A stretch of 64,000 nucleotides of DNA from Candidatus Kaiserbacteria bacterium (GTDB lineage: Bacteria; Patescibacteriota; Minisyncoccia; Phycocordibacterales; UBA2100): NCBI GenBank assembly GCA_016214605.1, contig JACROD010000005.1, positions 6,108 to 70,107 on the forward strand, given 5' to 3'. Below are positions 36,340-44,125 of the stretch, one piece after another. The first letter of the stretch is position 1. The number at the start of each line of letters is the position of its first letter. The position numbers and the translations under genes are program-made. The notes beneath the pieces were generated by a model. The model saw nothing but the letters and a program-made list of their open reading frames with translations. It searched no databases and had not been told where the DNA came from.

Positions 36340-36509
36340 GCACTGCAGTATATACGAGAAAGGTCCGCACGTCATACAGGCGAGATAACCCTGTGGATAG
36401 CACATCAAGATATCGGGACCTAGGCGAGATCCGAGGCACTCACATGTCTCGTTATGTCAGCCGCTACGATTCTAAGACCATTAAAAAATCGTCCTTCCGA
36501 GATATTATT

Positions 36510-37955
36510 TTACGCGCCGAGAGCAACCTTTATCATTGTCCGCAGCACCTCCGGATCACCGGCACCACGGAGACTCTTCATGCATTGCCCGACGAGATAT
36601 TCCAGCGTAGAGAGCTTGCCCGAGCGGTACTCGGCGACGACAGCGGGATTATTCGATATGACCTCCTGGACGATCGCCTTGATCTGGTCTTCCGAGATAT
36701 CAGTCTTGAGTAGGTTCTTCTCCTTGGCGATCACTTCCGGATCTTTCTTCTCGTCTATGGCCATCTGGATGAGGTCTTTTGCCGATCGAGACGATATCTT
36801 CTTGTCCGCCAGCATATCTACTATCGTCTTGAAATTGCGTGCCGATATCGGAATCTCGTGATTTGAATCTGTATCTTGTGTACCGGTGTCTCGGATTATT
36901 TTTACGAGGTCGTTGGCGATATAATTGGACGCAAGCACGATCTTTGGATCACCTGCCGGATACGTCGATATAGCCTCCTCGAGGAAGCTACCGAGACGTC
37001 CGTCGCGGACGTACGCGTCTGCATCTTCTAGCTTGATACCGAGTGTCACATAACGCTGCCTGCGCACCCAAGGCAGCTCCGGGAGACTGGCCCGGAGCTT
37101 CTCTGTAGCAAACTCCGGCATCTCGGAGATCTTGAGCGAAGGCAGGTCGGGATCAGGAAAATAACGGTAATCAGCGCTTCCCTCCTTAACCCTTTGTGCA
37201 AAGGTAGATTGCTTACCCTCGTCCCATCCGCGTGTTTCCTGCAAGACCTGACCCCCTCCCTCTAGGACTCCAATCTGGCGATCTATCTCATATGCCACGG
37301 CACGCTCCATGGCCCTAAAAGAATTGAGATTCTTGACCTCGACCTTGGTACCAAAGGTACTCGTCTTGGATACCGAGATATTTGCCTCCACACGCATCTC
37401 GCCCTTTTCCATATTGGCATTACTAGCACCGAGATAGCGCAGGAGAAGCTGTAATTCTCGGGCAAACGCACCTGCCTGTGCCGCACTCGAGATGACCGGA
37501 TCGGTCACCAGCTCCATCAGTGGGACTCCGGCGCGATTGTAGTCGATGAGTGTGACACCGGTAGCCTCGTCGTGTATGGAGCTCGCCGTGTCTTCTTCCA
37601 GGTGCACGCGCGTGATAGCCACACCGTGGAGCTCGCCACCCGACACGAGAGGGAACTCGTACTGGCTGATCTGATACCCCTTGGGGAGGTCCGGGTAGAA
37701 GTAATTCTTGCGGTCAAACTCGCTGTAGTCGGCAAGCTTGGATCCTAGAGCTAGGCCCACGCGCAATACATGCTTCACCGCCTCGCGATTGATCACCGGG
37801 AGCGTCCCTGGGTGTGCGAGGCAGACCGGGCAGATATTTACATTGGCGCGTGTCTCGTCGGGGTCGTTCTTGGACGTGCAAAACATTTTGGTCTGGGTGC
37901 GGAGCTCCGCATGGACCTCCATTCCGATCGTTACTTTGTATTCTTCTGCAACCAT
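36510..37955 (-). CDS. gatB: Asp-tRNA(Asn)/Glu-tRNA(Gln) amidotransferase subunit B.
   Basis: 481 aa. The GatB N-terminus IGMEVHAELRTQTKMFCTS and C-terminal GatB/YqeY-like helical domain are present. Confidence 0.9.
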   Translation of the reverse strand: MVAEEYKVTIGMEVHAELRTQTKMFCTSKNDPDETRANVNICPVCLAHPGTLPVINREAVKHVLRVGLALGSKLADYSEFDRKNYFYPDLPKGYQISQYEFPLVSGGELHGVAITRVHLEEDTASSIHDEATGVTLIDYNRAGVPLMELVTDPVISSAAQAGAFARELQLLLRYLGASNANMEKGEMRVEANISVSKTSTFGTKVEVKNLNSFRAMERAVAYEIDRQIGVLEGGGQVLQETRGWDEGKQSTFAQRVKEGSADYRYFPDPDLPSLKISEMPEFATEKLRASLPELPWVRRQRYVTLGIKLEDADAYVRDGRLGSFLEEAISTYPAGDPKIVLASNYIANDLVKIIRDTGTQDTDSNHEIPISARNFKTIVDMLADKKISSRSAKDLIQMAIDEKKDPEVIAKEKNLLKTDISEDQIKAIVQEVISNNPAVVAEYRSGKLSTLEYLVGQCMKSLRGAGDPEVLRTMIKVALGA

Positions 37956-38262
37956 ATTAGGCCTACTGTATCAGGCCTGCATGCCACGCACAAACTCAAT
38001 CCTTCCTGCGCCGATCTCCTTCTTGTATATCCACAGGCAAAAAACCTTGCACAAAATTCCTGCCGACCAAAACCCCTGCGAGTCTGGGTCGGCACAGTGG
38101 GTGCAGCGCCGGGTCGGGGAGGTGTAGGGGATTCTCCAAGCAAAACCCAGGCCCCATCGGTAGGTCCGATAGAGGAACCTGGTAGCATCGATCCATCTCT
38201 CGTTTTGCCGAGATATGACTTAGATCATACCAATCTCGGAAGCCGAGATTTTCATCTCGTCT

Positions 38263-38288
38263 TAAGATAAAAACCCCGGTCAGGGGCT
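38263..38288. terminator. Weak A-run/4-bp GC stem/T-run hairpin (aaaaccccggtcaggggctttta) just downstream of secA.
   Basis: Read from the sequence. The stem is short, so confidence is low. Confidence 0.3.
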
Positions 38289-38289
38289 T

Positions 38290-40830
38290 TTATTCTTTGA
38301 TCTTCCATTCACCGGATGCGAGAAGTGGTTCTGCTTTTTTATATTTCATCTCACGATCTTCGTCTCCGTTGGTGATCGTGACATGATCATTACGTCCGTA
38401 TTCTTTGCGTATGCCTTCCCTGCCTGTCCCGATTATCGACATGACTGCCTTGTGGATAACCTCCGACTCTTTGACCGCTGACGCCTGTACCGAGATCGGC
38501 GCGACCCCCACCATGACTCCTATCGGAGCCTCGGCCCCGAGCTGGGTCATCACCTGATCGGCATAGGTCGCCTCCATGGTCTGGAACATCTGGAGACCCT
38601 CTCTCTTGTACTCGACAAGAGGATCACGCTGTCCGTAGGCACGGAGATTGACGCTGCTGCGCAAGTACTCCATGGCTTCCAAATGCTCGACCCAGAGGTA
38701 GTCGACGACGCGCAGGAGTATGCGGCGAGTGTGCGTATAAAAGGCCTCCCCGAGTTCTTGCTTCTTCTTGTTGATCGTCTCGGTGAATGTCTCGTCCATC
38801 TCGGCAAGCCTCGAGAGCTCCGCATCGAGTATGGCATTGTCGCCGGTGAGAACCATGCGCCGACGCGCATAGATACTTTGGCGCTGGATGTTGAGCACAT
38901 CATCGTATGAAAGCACGTGCTTACGTGAATCAAAGTTGATCTCTTCGATACGTGTCTGCGCTTTTTCGAGTGAACGCGTGATCATGGAATTGTAGATCGG
39001 CTCGTCTTCGGGGATCTTGAAGGTCCCCATCACGCGCTTGATCATGTCGGAAGCAAAAATGCGCATGAGCGAATCCTCAAGTGATACGTAGAATTGTGTC
39101 TCGCCCGGATCACCCTGGCGGCCGGAGCGCCCACGGAGCTGGTTGTCGATGCGTCGAGCTTCGTGCCGCTCGGTACCCAGGACAAAGAGCCCTCCCGCAT
39201 CCTTCACTTGACTCGCCTCTTCTTCGGTGGCGGGATTACCGCCGAGCTTGATGTCGACACCGCGGCCGGCTACATTGGTCGCGATCGTGACCGCCCCCGA
39301 TTTCCCCGCCTGGGCGATGATCTCCCCTTCGCGCTCGTGGTTCTTGGCATTGAGTACCTCGTGCGGGATCCCCTCCTGCTTGAAGTGAGCGCTGAGGATC
39401 TCGTTCTTCTCGACCGAGACCGTGCCTACAAGGACCGGCTGACCCTTCTCATGGAGCTCTTTGATGCGCTTGGCGATGGCCATGTATTTGCCGTGTTCGG
39501 TCTGGAAGATGAGATCTTCGCTGTCGATACGCCTGGGGACTTTGTTGGTCGGGACGATGACCGTATTAAGGCCATAAACCTTGTAGAATTCCTCGGATGA
39601 TGTCGCTGCGGTGCCGGTCATGCCCGCGAGCTTGGCATAGAGACGGAAATAATTTTGAAAGGTGATCGAAGCAAACGTGCGCGATTCTTGCTGGATCGTG
39701 ACGCCTTCCTTGGCTTCGATAGCCTGGTGCAGACCTTCGGACCATCGGCGGCCCGGCTGCATGCGGCCCGTGAATTCATCCACGATCACGATCTCGCCTC
39801 CGCGAACTACGTAGTCTTTGTCGCGATGAAAGAGCGCCTTGGCGCGCACAGCGGTCTCCAAATGATGCACGTATTTGATCCCGGCATCGGTGTAGATATT
39901 GTCGATCTCGAGTATTTTCTCGGCCTTCTCGATACCCGCGTCGGAGAGGGCGATCTGACGGTGTTTCTCGTCGACCGAGAAATCCGTCTCGGATTCCAGA
40001 GTGTCCGCGATCTGGGCAAAACGTGTATAGAAATCATCCGCATTGGCGGTCGGTGCCGAGATAATGAGCGGGGTGCGTGCCTCGTCGATAAGGATCGAGT
40101 CGATCTCGTCGACGATCGCAAAATTGTATTCTCGCTGGCGTAGGAGTGCCGGATCGTACTCGAGATTATCGCGCAAGTAGTCGAAGCCGAATTCGTTGTT
40201 GGTGCCGTAGGTGATGTCGGCCGCATAGGCCTCACGACGACTACAGGGGCGCAGAAAGTCGTTGGCGACCTTGAAGCTCCCTGTCTCATCGCGATCCTTG
40301 TCTTCTTCTACCGCGACCTCGGCGGGGACATGTGCAGGATCGTAGATAAAGGAAGATTCGTGATTGATGACCGCGGTCGAGAGGCCGAGTGCATAATAGA
40401 TCTGACCCATCCAGGCCGCATCGCGGCGCGAGAGATAGTCATTGACCGTGACAATATGGACGCCCTTGCCGGTAAGCGCATTGAGATATGCAGGCAAGGT
40501 GGCGACGAGGGTCTTGCCTTCGCCGGTGCGCATCTCGGCAATATCGCCATGGTGCAGGATCATACCGCCGAGGATCTGGACATCGAAATGCCGCTGACCG
40601 AGGGTCCGTCGAGAAGCCTCCCGAACTGCCGCAAAGGCCTCTGGAGCCAGATCGTCGAGGGTTTCTCCTGCGGCGAGACGCTCTTTGAATAGGACGGTCT
40701 TTTGCTTGAGGGCTTCGTCGGAAAGCACCTGAAAATCAGGCTCTAGAGCGTTGACCTGCGCGATAATAGGCTCCGCACGCTTGAGAGCTGCGGCATTGTC
40801 GTCCCCCATCCAACGATTCCAAAACGCCAT
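38290..40830 (-). CDS. secA: Preprotein translocase ATPase SecA (short form, no C-terminal zinc finger).
   Basis: 846 aa. DEAD-like motor motifs (MRTGEGKTLVATLP, DEIDSILIDEARTPLIIS) and the HKAVMSIIGTGR.. C-terminal region are present. Confidence 0.95.
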   Translation of the reverse strand: MAFWNRWMGDDNAAALKRAEPIIAQVNALEPDFQVLSDEALKQKTVLFKERLAAGETLDDLAPEAFAAVREASRRTLGQRHFDVQILGGMILHHGDIAEMRTGEGKTLVATLPAYLNALTGKGVHIVTVNDYLSRRDAAWMGQIYYALGLSTAVINHESSFIYDPAHVPAEVAVEEDKDRDETGSFKVANDFLRPCSRREAYAADITYGTNNEFGFDYLRDNLEYDPALLRQREYNFAIVDEIDSILIDEARTPLIISAPTANADDFYTRFAQIADTLESETDFSVDEKHRQIALSDAGIEKAEKILEIDNIYTDAGIKYVHHLETAVRAKALFHRDKDYVVRGGEIVIVDEFTGRMQPGRRWSEGLHQAIEAKEGVTIQQESRTFASITFQNYFRLYAKLAGMTGTAATSSEEFYKVYGLNTVIVPTNKVPRRIDSEDLIFQTEHGKYMAIAKRIKELHEKGQPVLVGTVSVEKNEILSAHFKQEGIPHEVLNAKNHEREGEIIAQAGKSGAVTIATNVAGRGVDIKLGGNPATEEEASQVKDAGGLFVLGTERHEARRIDNQLRGRSGRQGDPGETQFYVSLEDSLMRIFASDMIKRVMGTFKIPEDEPIYNSMITRSLEKAQTRIEEINFDSRKHVLSYDDVLNIQRQSIYARRRMVLTGDNAILDAELSRLAEMDETFTETINKKKQELGEAFYTHTRRILLRVVDYLWVEHLEAMEYLRSSVNLRAYGQRDPLVEYKREGLQMFQTMEATYADQVMTQLGAEAPIGVMVGVAPISVQASAVKESEVIHKAVMSIIGTGREGIRKEYGRNDHVTITNGDEDREMKYKKAEPLLASGEWKIKE

Positions 40831-40933
40831 TGAGCTATCCTATCATCGAGACGGCTTAGAATCTACCGTCCGGGACATCCGAGAGACCGACGAGGATACT
40901 GGCTTTTCTCGCCGGCACATTATAAAATGAACC

Positions 40934-42421
40934 ATGTCGCTATCTCTCCAGGCACTCCTGCAAAAACGCGCTGACGATGGGTTTGCGCTTGCCTACTCTG
41001 ATCTCTTGTTGGAACCCGCACATTCGGCGGTCATGCCGCGCGATGCCGACCCGAGCGGTCGATTCTCGCGCACTATTCCTCTCTCGGTCCCATTCGTCTC
41101 GGCGGCAATGTCGACCGTCACCACAGCATCAATGGCAATCGCTATGGCGACCCATGGCGGCATCGGCGTGATCCATCCGGCGATGGATCCGGAAGAACAA
41201 CGCAAAATGGTACGCAAGGTCAAACTGCGCTTGAATGGTCTCATTGACACGCCGGTCACTATACGCGCCCAAATATCGCTCGAAGAAGTGCGGCAATTGC
41301 GTGAAGACAAGGGCTATGGGTTTGAGACATTTCCTGTCGTGGATGATCGCGATCGGCTCGTCGGCATTATCACTTCCAACGACTTCAAATTCTGGCCCGA
41401 TCCCTCTACGCTCGTATCCGATGCTATGACACCCTACGAAAAGATTGTACATGGCAAACGATCGACGACACCCGAAGAAGCTCGCACGCTCATGCGCACA
41501 CATCGTGTGCGCGTACTTCCCCTGGTAGACGACGACCGCAAGCTTGTCGGGCTCTATGTCTCCTCCGATGTCGAACGTGTACTCGGATCACGCAAGAATT
41601 ACACGCTCGACGCACAAGGACATTTGCGCGTAGCGGCATCGATCGGCACGCTCGAAGATGCTTACAAGCGCGCAGAGCTTCTCGCTTCCGTCGGATGCGA
41701 TGCATTCGTCGTAGGCACCGCACATGCCGACACCCAAGGAGTACTCGAAACGGTGCACACGCTCAAGCACACATATCCGCACATCGACATCGTCGCCGGC
41801 AACACTTCATACGACGAAGGTGCAAAACGGCTCGCACAGGCCGGCGCTGACGGCATACTGGTCGGCCAAGGACCCGGATCGATCTGTACGACCCGTATTG
41901 TCGCAGGCATCGGCATACCGCAGGCATCGGCGGTATTCGAATGCGTGCAAGCGCTCAAAGGAAGTGGCGTCCCGATTATCGCCGATGGAGGGATCACGAC
42001 TTCAGGAGATATCGTCAAGGCGCTCGCGATTGGAGCCAGCGCAGTGATGCTCGGCGGCCTCTTGGCCGGCACCGACGAAGCGCCGGGAGAAAAGGTCTAC
42101 GTGAACGGACAGCCCATGAAAGAATATTTCGGCATGGGGTCGGGGCGTGCCATGCGCGAGCACGCCGCTTCACGCAAGCGATACGGCCAGCAAGGGATCC
42201 CGAGCGGTAAGCATACCCCTGAAGGAGTCGAAGGGCGCGTCCCTTATCGCGGCCCGATCGAGAGTGTCATTAATGAGCTCCTCGGCGGCGTACGAAGCGG
42301 CATGGGATATCTCGGCGCAAAGACGATCGAAGACATGCGTGCGGCGCATGCCGTACAGATCACACAGGCAGGATACGTAGAATCGCGCCCGCACAATATC
42401 TACCTTGATCATTCGGAATGA
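40934..42421 (+). CDS. guaB: Inosine-5'-monophosphate dehydrogenase with a CBS pair.
   Basis: 495 aa. The catalytic loop [44 protein letters not shown] and internal CBS domains are present. Confidence 0.95.
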   Translation: MSLSLQALLQKRADDGFALAYSDLLLEPAHSAVMPRDADPSGRFSRTIPLSVPFVSAAMSTVTTASMAIAMATHGGIGVIHPAMDPEEQRKMVRKVKLRLNGLIDTPVTIRAQISLEEVRQLREDKGYGFETFPVVDDRDRLVGIITSNDFKFWPDPSTLVSDAMTPYEKIVHGKRSTTPEEARTLMRTHRVRVLPLVDDDRKLVGLYVSSDVERVLGSRKNYTLDAQGHLRVAASIGTLEDAYKRAELLASVGCDAFVVGTAHADTQGVLETVHTLKHTYPHIDIVAGNTSYDEGAKRLAQAGADGILVGQGPGSICTTRIVAGIGIPQASAVFECVQALKGSGVPIIADGGITTSGDIVKALAIGASAVMLGGLLAGTDEAPGEKVYVNGQPMKEYFGMGSGRAMREHAASRKRYGQQGIPSGKHTPEGVEGRVPYRGPIESVINELLGGVRSGMGYLGAKTIEDMRAAHAVQITQAGYVESRPHNIYLDHSE

Positions 42422-42515
42422 CCATAAATAGGGACAAATGCGCCGCAAGCACTATGCTTGCGGCGCATTTCTTTTTTGCCATAACTCCTCGCCTATTCGG
42501 ACATGCCACCAACGC

Positions 42516-42543
42516 AAAAACAGCCCCTTCCGGGGCTGTTTTT
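42516..42543. terminator. Bidirectional intrinsic terminator: A5-cagcccc-ttcc-ggggctg-T5.
   Basis: A 7-bp GC-rich stem flanked by an A-run and a T-run. It lies 95 nt after the guaB stop (+) and 9 nt after the stop of the minus-strand micro-ORF. Confidence 0.75.
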
Positions 42544-42551
42544 GAGGAGCG

Positions 42552-42626
42552 TTAGCGGCGCTTTTTCGTCGCCTTCTTCTTCGCAACCTTCTTTGTGGCC
42601 TTCTTGGCCTTCTTCTTTGCAGCCAT
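42552..42626 (-). CDS. Candidate 24-aa lysine-rich micro-protein, MAAKKKAKKATKKVAKKKATKKRR.
   Basis: My own translation. ATG at 42626..42624, TAA at 42554..42552, and an in-frame stop 7 codons upstream. It is immediately followed by the bidirectional terminator. There is no recognisable SD. It is below the track size cutoff. Confidence 0.3.
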   Translation of the reverse strand: MAAKKKAKKATKKVAKKKATKKRR

Positions 42627-43260
42627 ACGAGTATGAATATTTTTGTTTTATTAATTCGACCCGCACGCGTACACCTGCGACAAAGATGTATCAATGCGTC
42701 TTACCTATTATTATTGCATTCACTTCGCGTATCACACGCATACTGCGCACAAATGTGTGGATAACTTTGTATAGCTAAAAAATAATACGTATGATTGTAT
42801 ATTCATACGTTTTTGGTGTATTTGTGCCGATCTTTCGGTCCCCTTCATACCCTGGAGGAGGCGCCGGCCTTCTAGTTTGCATAGCAAACTAAAAGGCACA
42901 ATGCGGCAGCTCGCTTCGCGACTGCATTTGGATTTACTAAAGTGGGGTACCACTAAGTAAATCTCGGCAGAGACGGGTGCGAGCACTTAGGAACTCGCAC
43001 CTGCCTGTTAGGTTACTGCGTAACATAAAAGGCACAATGCGGAGGACGGGTGCGAGCTCCAAAGTGAAAGTCATTGTGAGTGCCGCCGCCCTCCGCGCTG
43101 TGCCCTTCGTAGCCTTGCCGCGCCCTACCGAAGCCTTATGCGGAGGAGGGGCGAAGCAGGGCTGTGCCCTTTGCGCTTCTTTATTATCCTATCATCCTCA
43201 TCATGCCGCGCAAGACCAAGGAGGAGATCCGAGGATTTTTTGTGGAAAAAGGGAAAAACT

Positions 43261-43286
43261 AAAAAACCACCTTGCGGTGGTTTTTT
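43261..43286. terminator. Bidirectional intrinsic terminator: A6-ccacc-ttgc-ggtgg-T6.
   Basis: A perfect short GC stem with flanking A6 and T6 runs, located inside the long non-coding region 42627..43679. Confidence 0.6.
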
Positions 43287-43651
43287 AGGACTTTCTTGAA
43301 GCTAAACACGTTTACACGTTGTGTAGCACTCACTTCATGAGTATATCATGTGGACTCTTGCCTGCAAGTTTTAGTATCCTCCCCTGTATTAGAAAGTCTG
43401 TGTAGAAAGTCTGTCCCCATTCCCATTCCTCATTCCTCGGCAAAGACGTCCTGTACCTGACCGTCGAGGAGATGGAGGGTGACAGCCACCTCCGTAAACA
43501 TTTTGGCATACACTAAGCTGTTGCTATAGCTTAGCTTAGGTGTATGTGGGTAACGGGTGCAGTAGAGTGAAGGTTGGACGGGATGGGATGCTGATCGCAA
43601 GATCGACCGTCCTCAAACTCCAAAGGAACAGTTGGTTTGGGAAATCAAATT

Positions 43652-43669
43652 GGAAGGCCAGGCCCTTCC
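43652..43669. terminator. Hairpin ggaagg-ccaggc-ccttcc 10 nt downstream of the stop of the 43680..44102 gene (minus strand).
   Basis: Read from the sequence. A U-rich-ish tract follows on the minus-strand RNA. Confidence 0.3.
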
Positions 43670-43679
43670 AAACCCGGCC

Positions 43680-44102
43680 CTATTTTCCTCGTCGAGTGGC
43701 AAAGTATTTGCGGATGATGATTATGAGGGAGATGATGGAGAAGAGAGAGGCAAACACAAAGGCGACGGTCTCTTGATCGATCACATTAGGGATGCCAAAC
43801 CCGCCGGACCCCCCGGGAGTGATGAGTGTGAGCACGATTGAAAGCGGTACCCACCAGTATGCAAAGCGGAGCCATGCGCGAAAAACTTCTTCGCGCATTT
43901 TGTAGGTGAGGAGGGAAAAGATAAAAACAAGTGGCCACGAAAATATAATGGGGGCAATAATATCGAGAGAGTCCCAGAAACGCCAACAACGTCCCTGCTC
44001 AATACAAAAGTCGTATAACGTATCATGAAAATACACTAGAAATGCATACCCCGCTGCTGGAACCAAAGATATCCAAAATACTTTTGTCTTCGTTACCCAC
44101 AT
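43680..44102 (-). CDS. Small integral membrane protein (140 aa, ~4 TM). Function unknown.
   Basis: Hydrophobic segments are FWISLVPAAGYAFLVYF, IIAPIIFSWPLVFIFSLL, WWVPLSIVLTLITP and FVFASLFSIISLIIII. Confidence 0.5.
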   Translation of the reverse strand: MWVTKTKVFWISLVPAAGYAFLVYFHDTLYDFCIEQGRCWRFWDSLDIIAPIIFSWPLVFIFSLLTYKMREEVFRAWLRFAYWWVPLSIVLTLITPGGSGGFGIPNVIDQETVAFVFASLFSIISLIIIIRKYFATRRGK

Positions 44103-44125
44103 AAGTTTGTACCGGACGTTTATTA

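Noticed and set aside
37956-38265. A ~300-nt GC-rich leader upstream of gatB, examined as a possible SRP RNA, RNase P RNA or tRNA.
   Set aside because: I compared the hairpin GGTAGGTCC-GATA-GAGGAACCTGG at ~38176 with SRP domain IV by eye. It lacks the invariant GGAA tetraloop/AGCAG context. No RNase P P4 motifs (GAAAGUCCGG/ACCCGGCUUA) or tRNA T-loop (GGTTCGAAT) were found. This is left as an unexplained leader rather than a called feature.
42780-43560. Possible RNase P RNA or tRNA in the long non-coding region.
   Set aside because: The GGGTGCGAG...CTCGCACC hairpin resembles a P12-type stem. But candidate P4 strands (GAAAGTCTGTCCCC / AACCCGGCCC) are not mutually complementary, and no tRNA T-arm or acceptor pattern is present. 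It is kept only as a generic ncRNA candidate in the findings.
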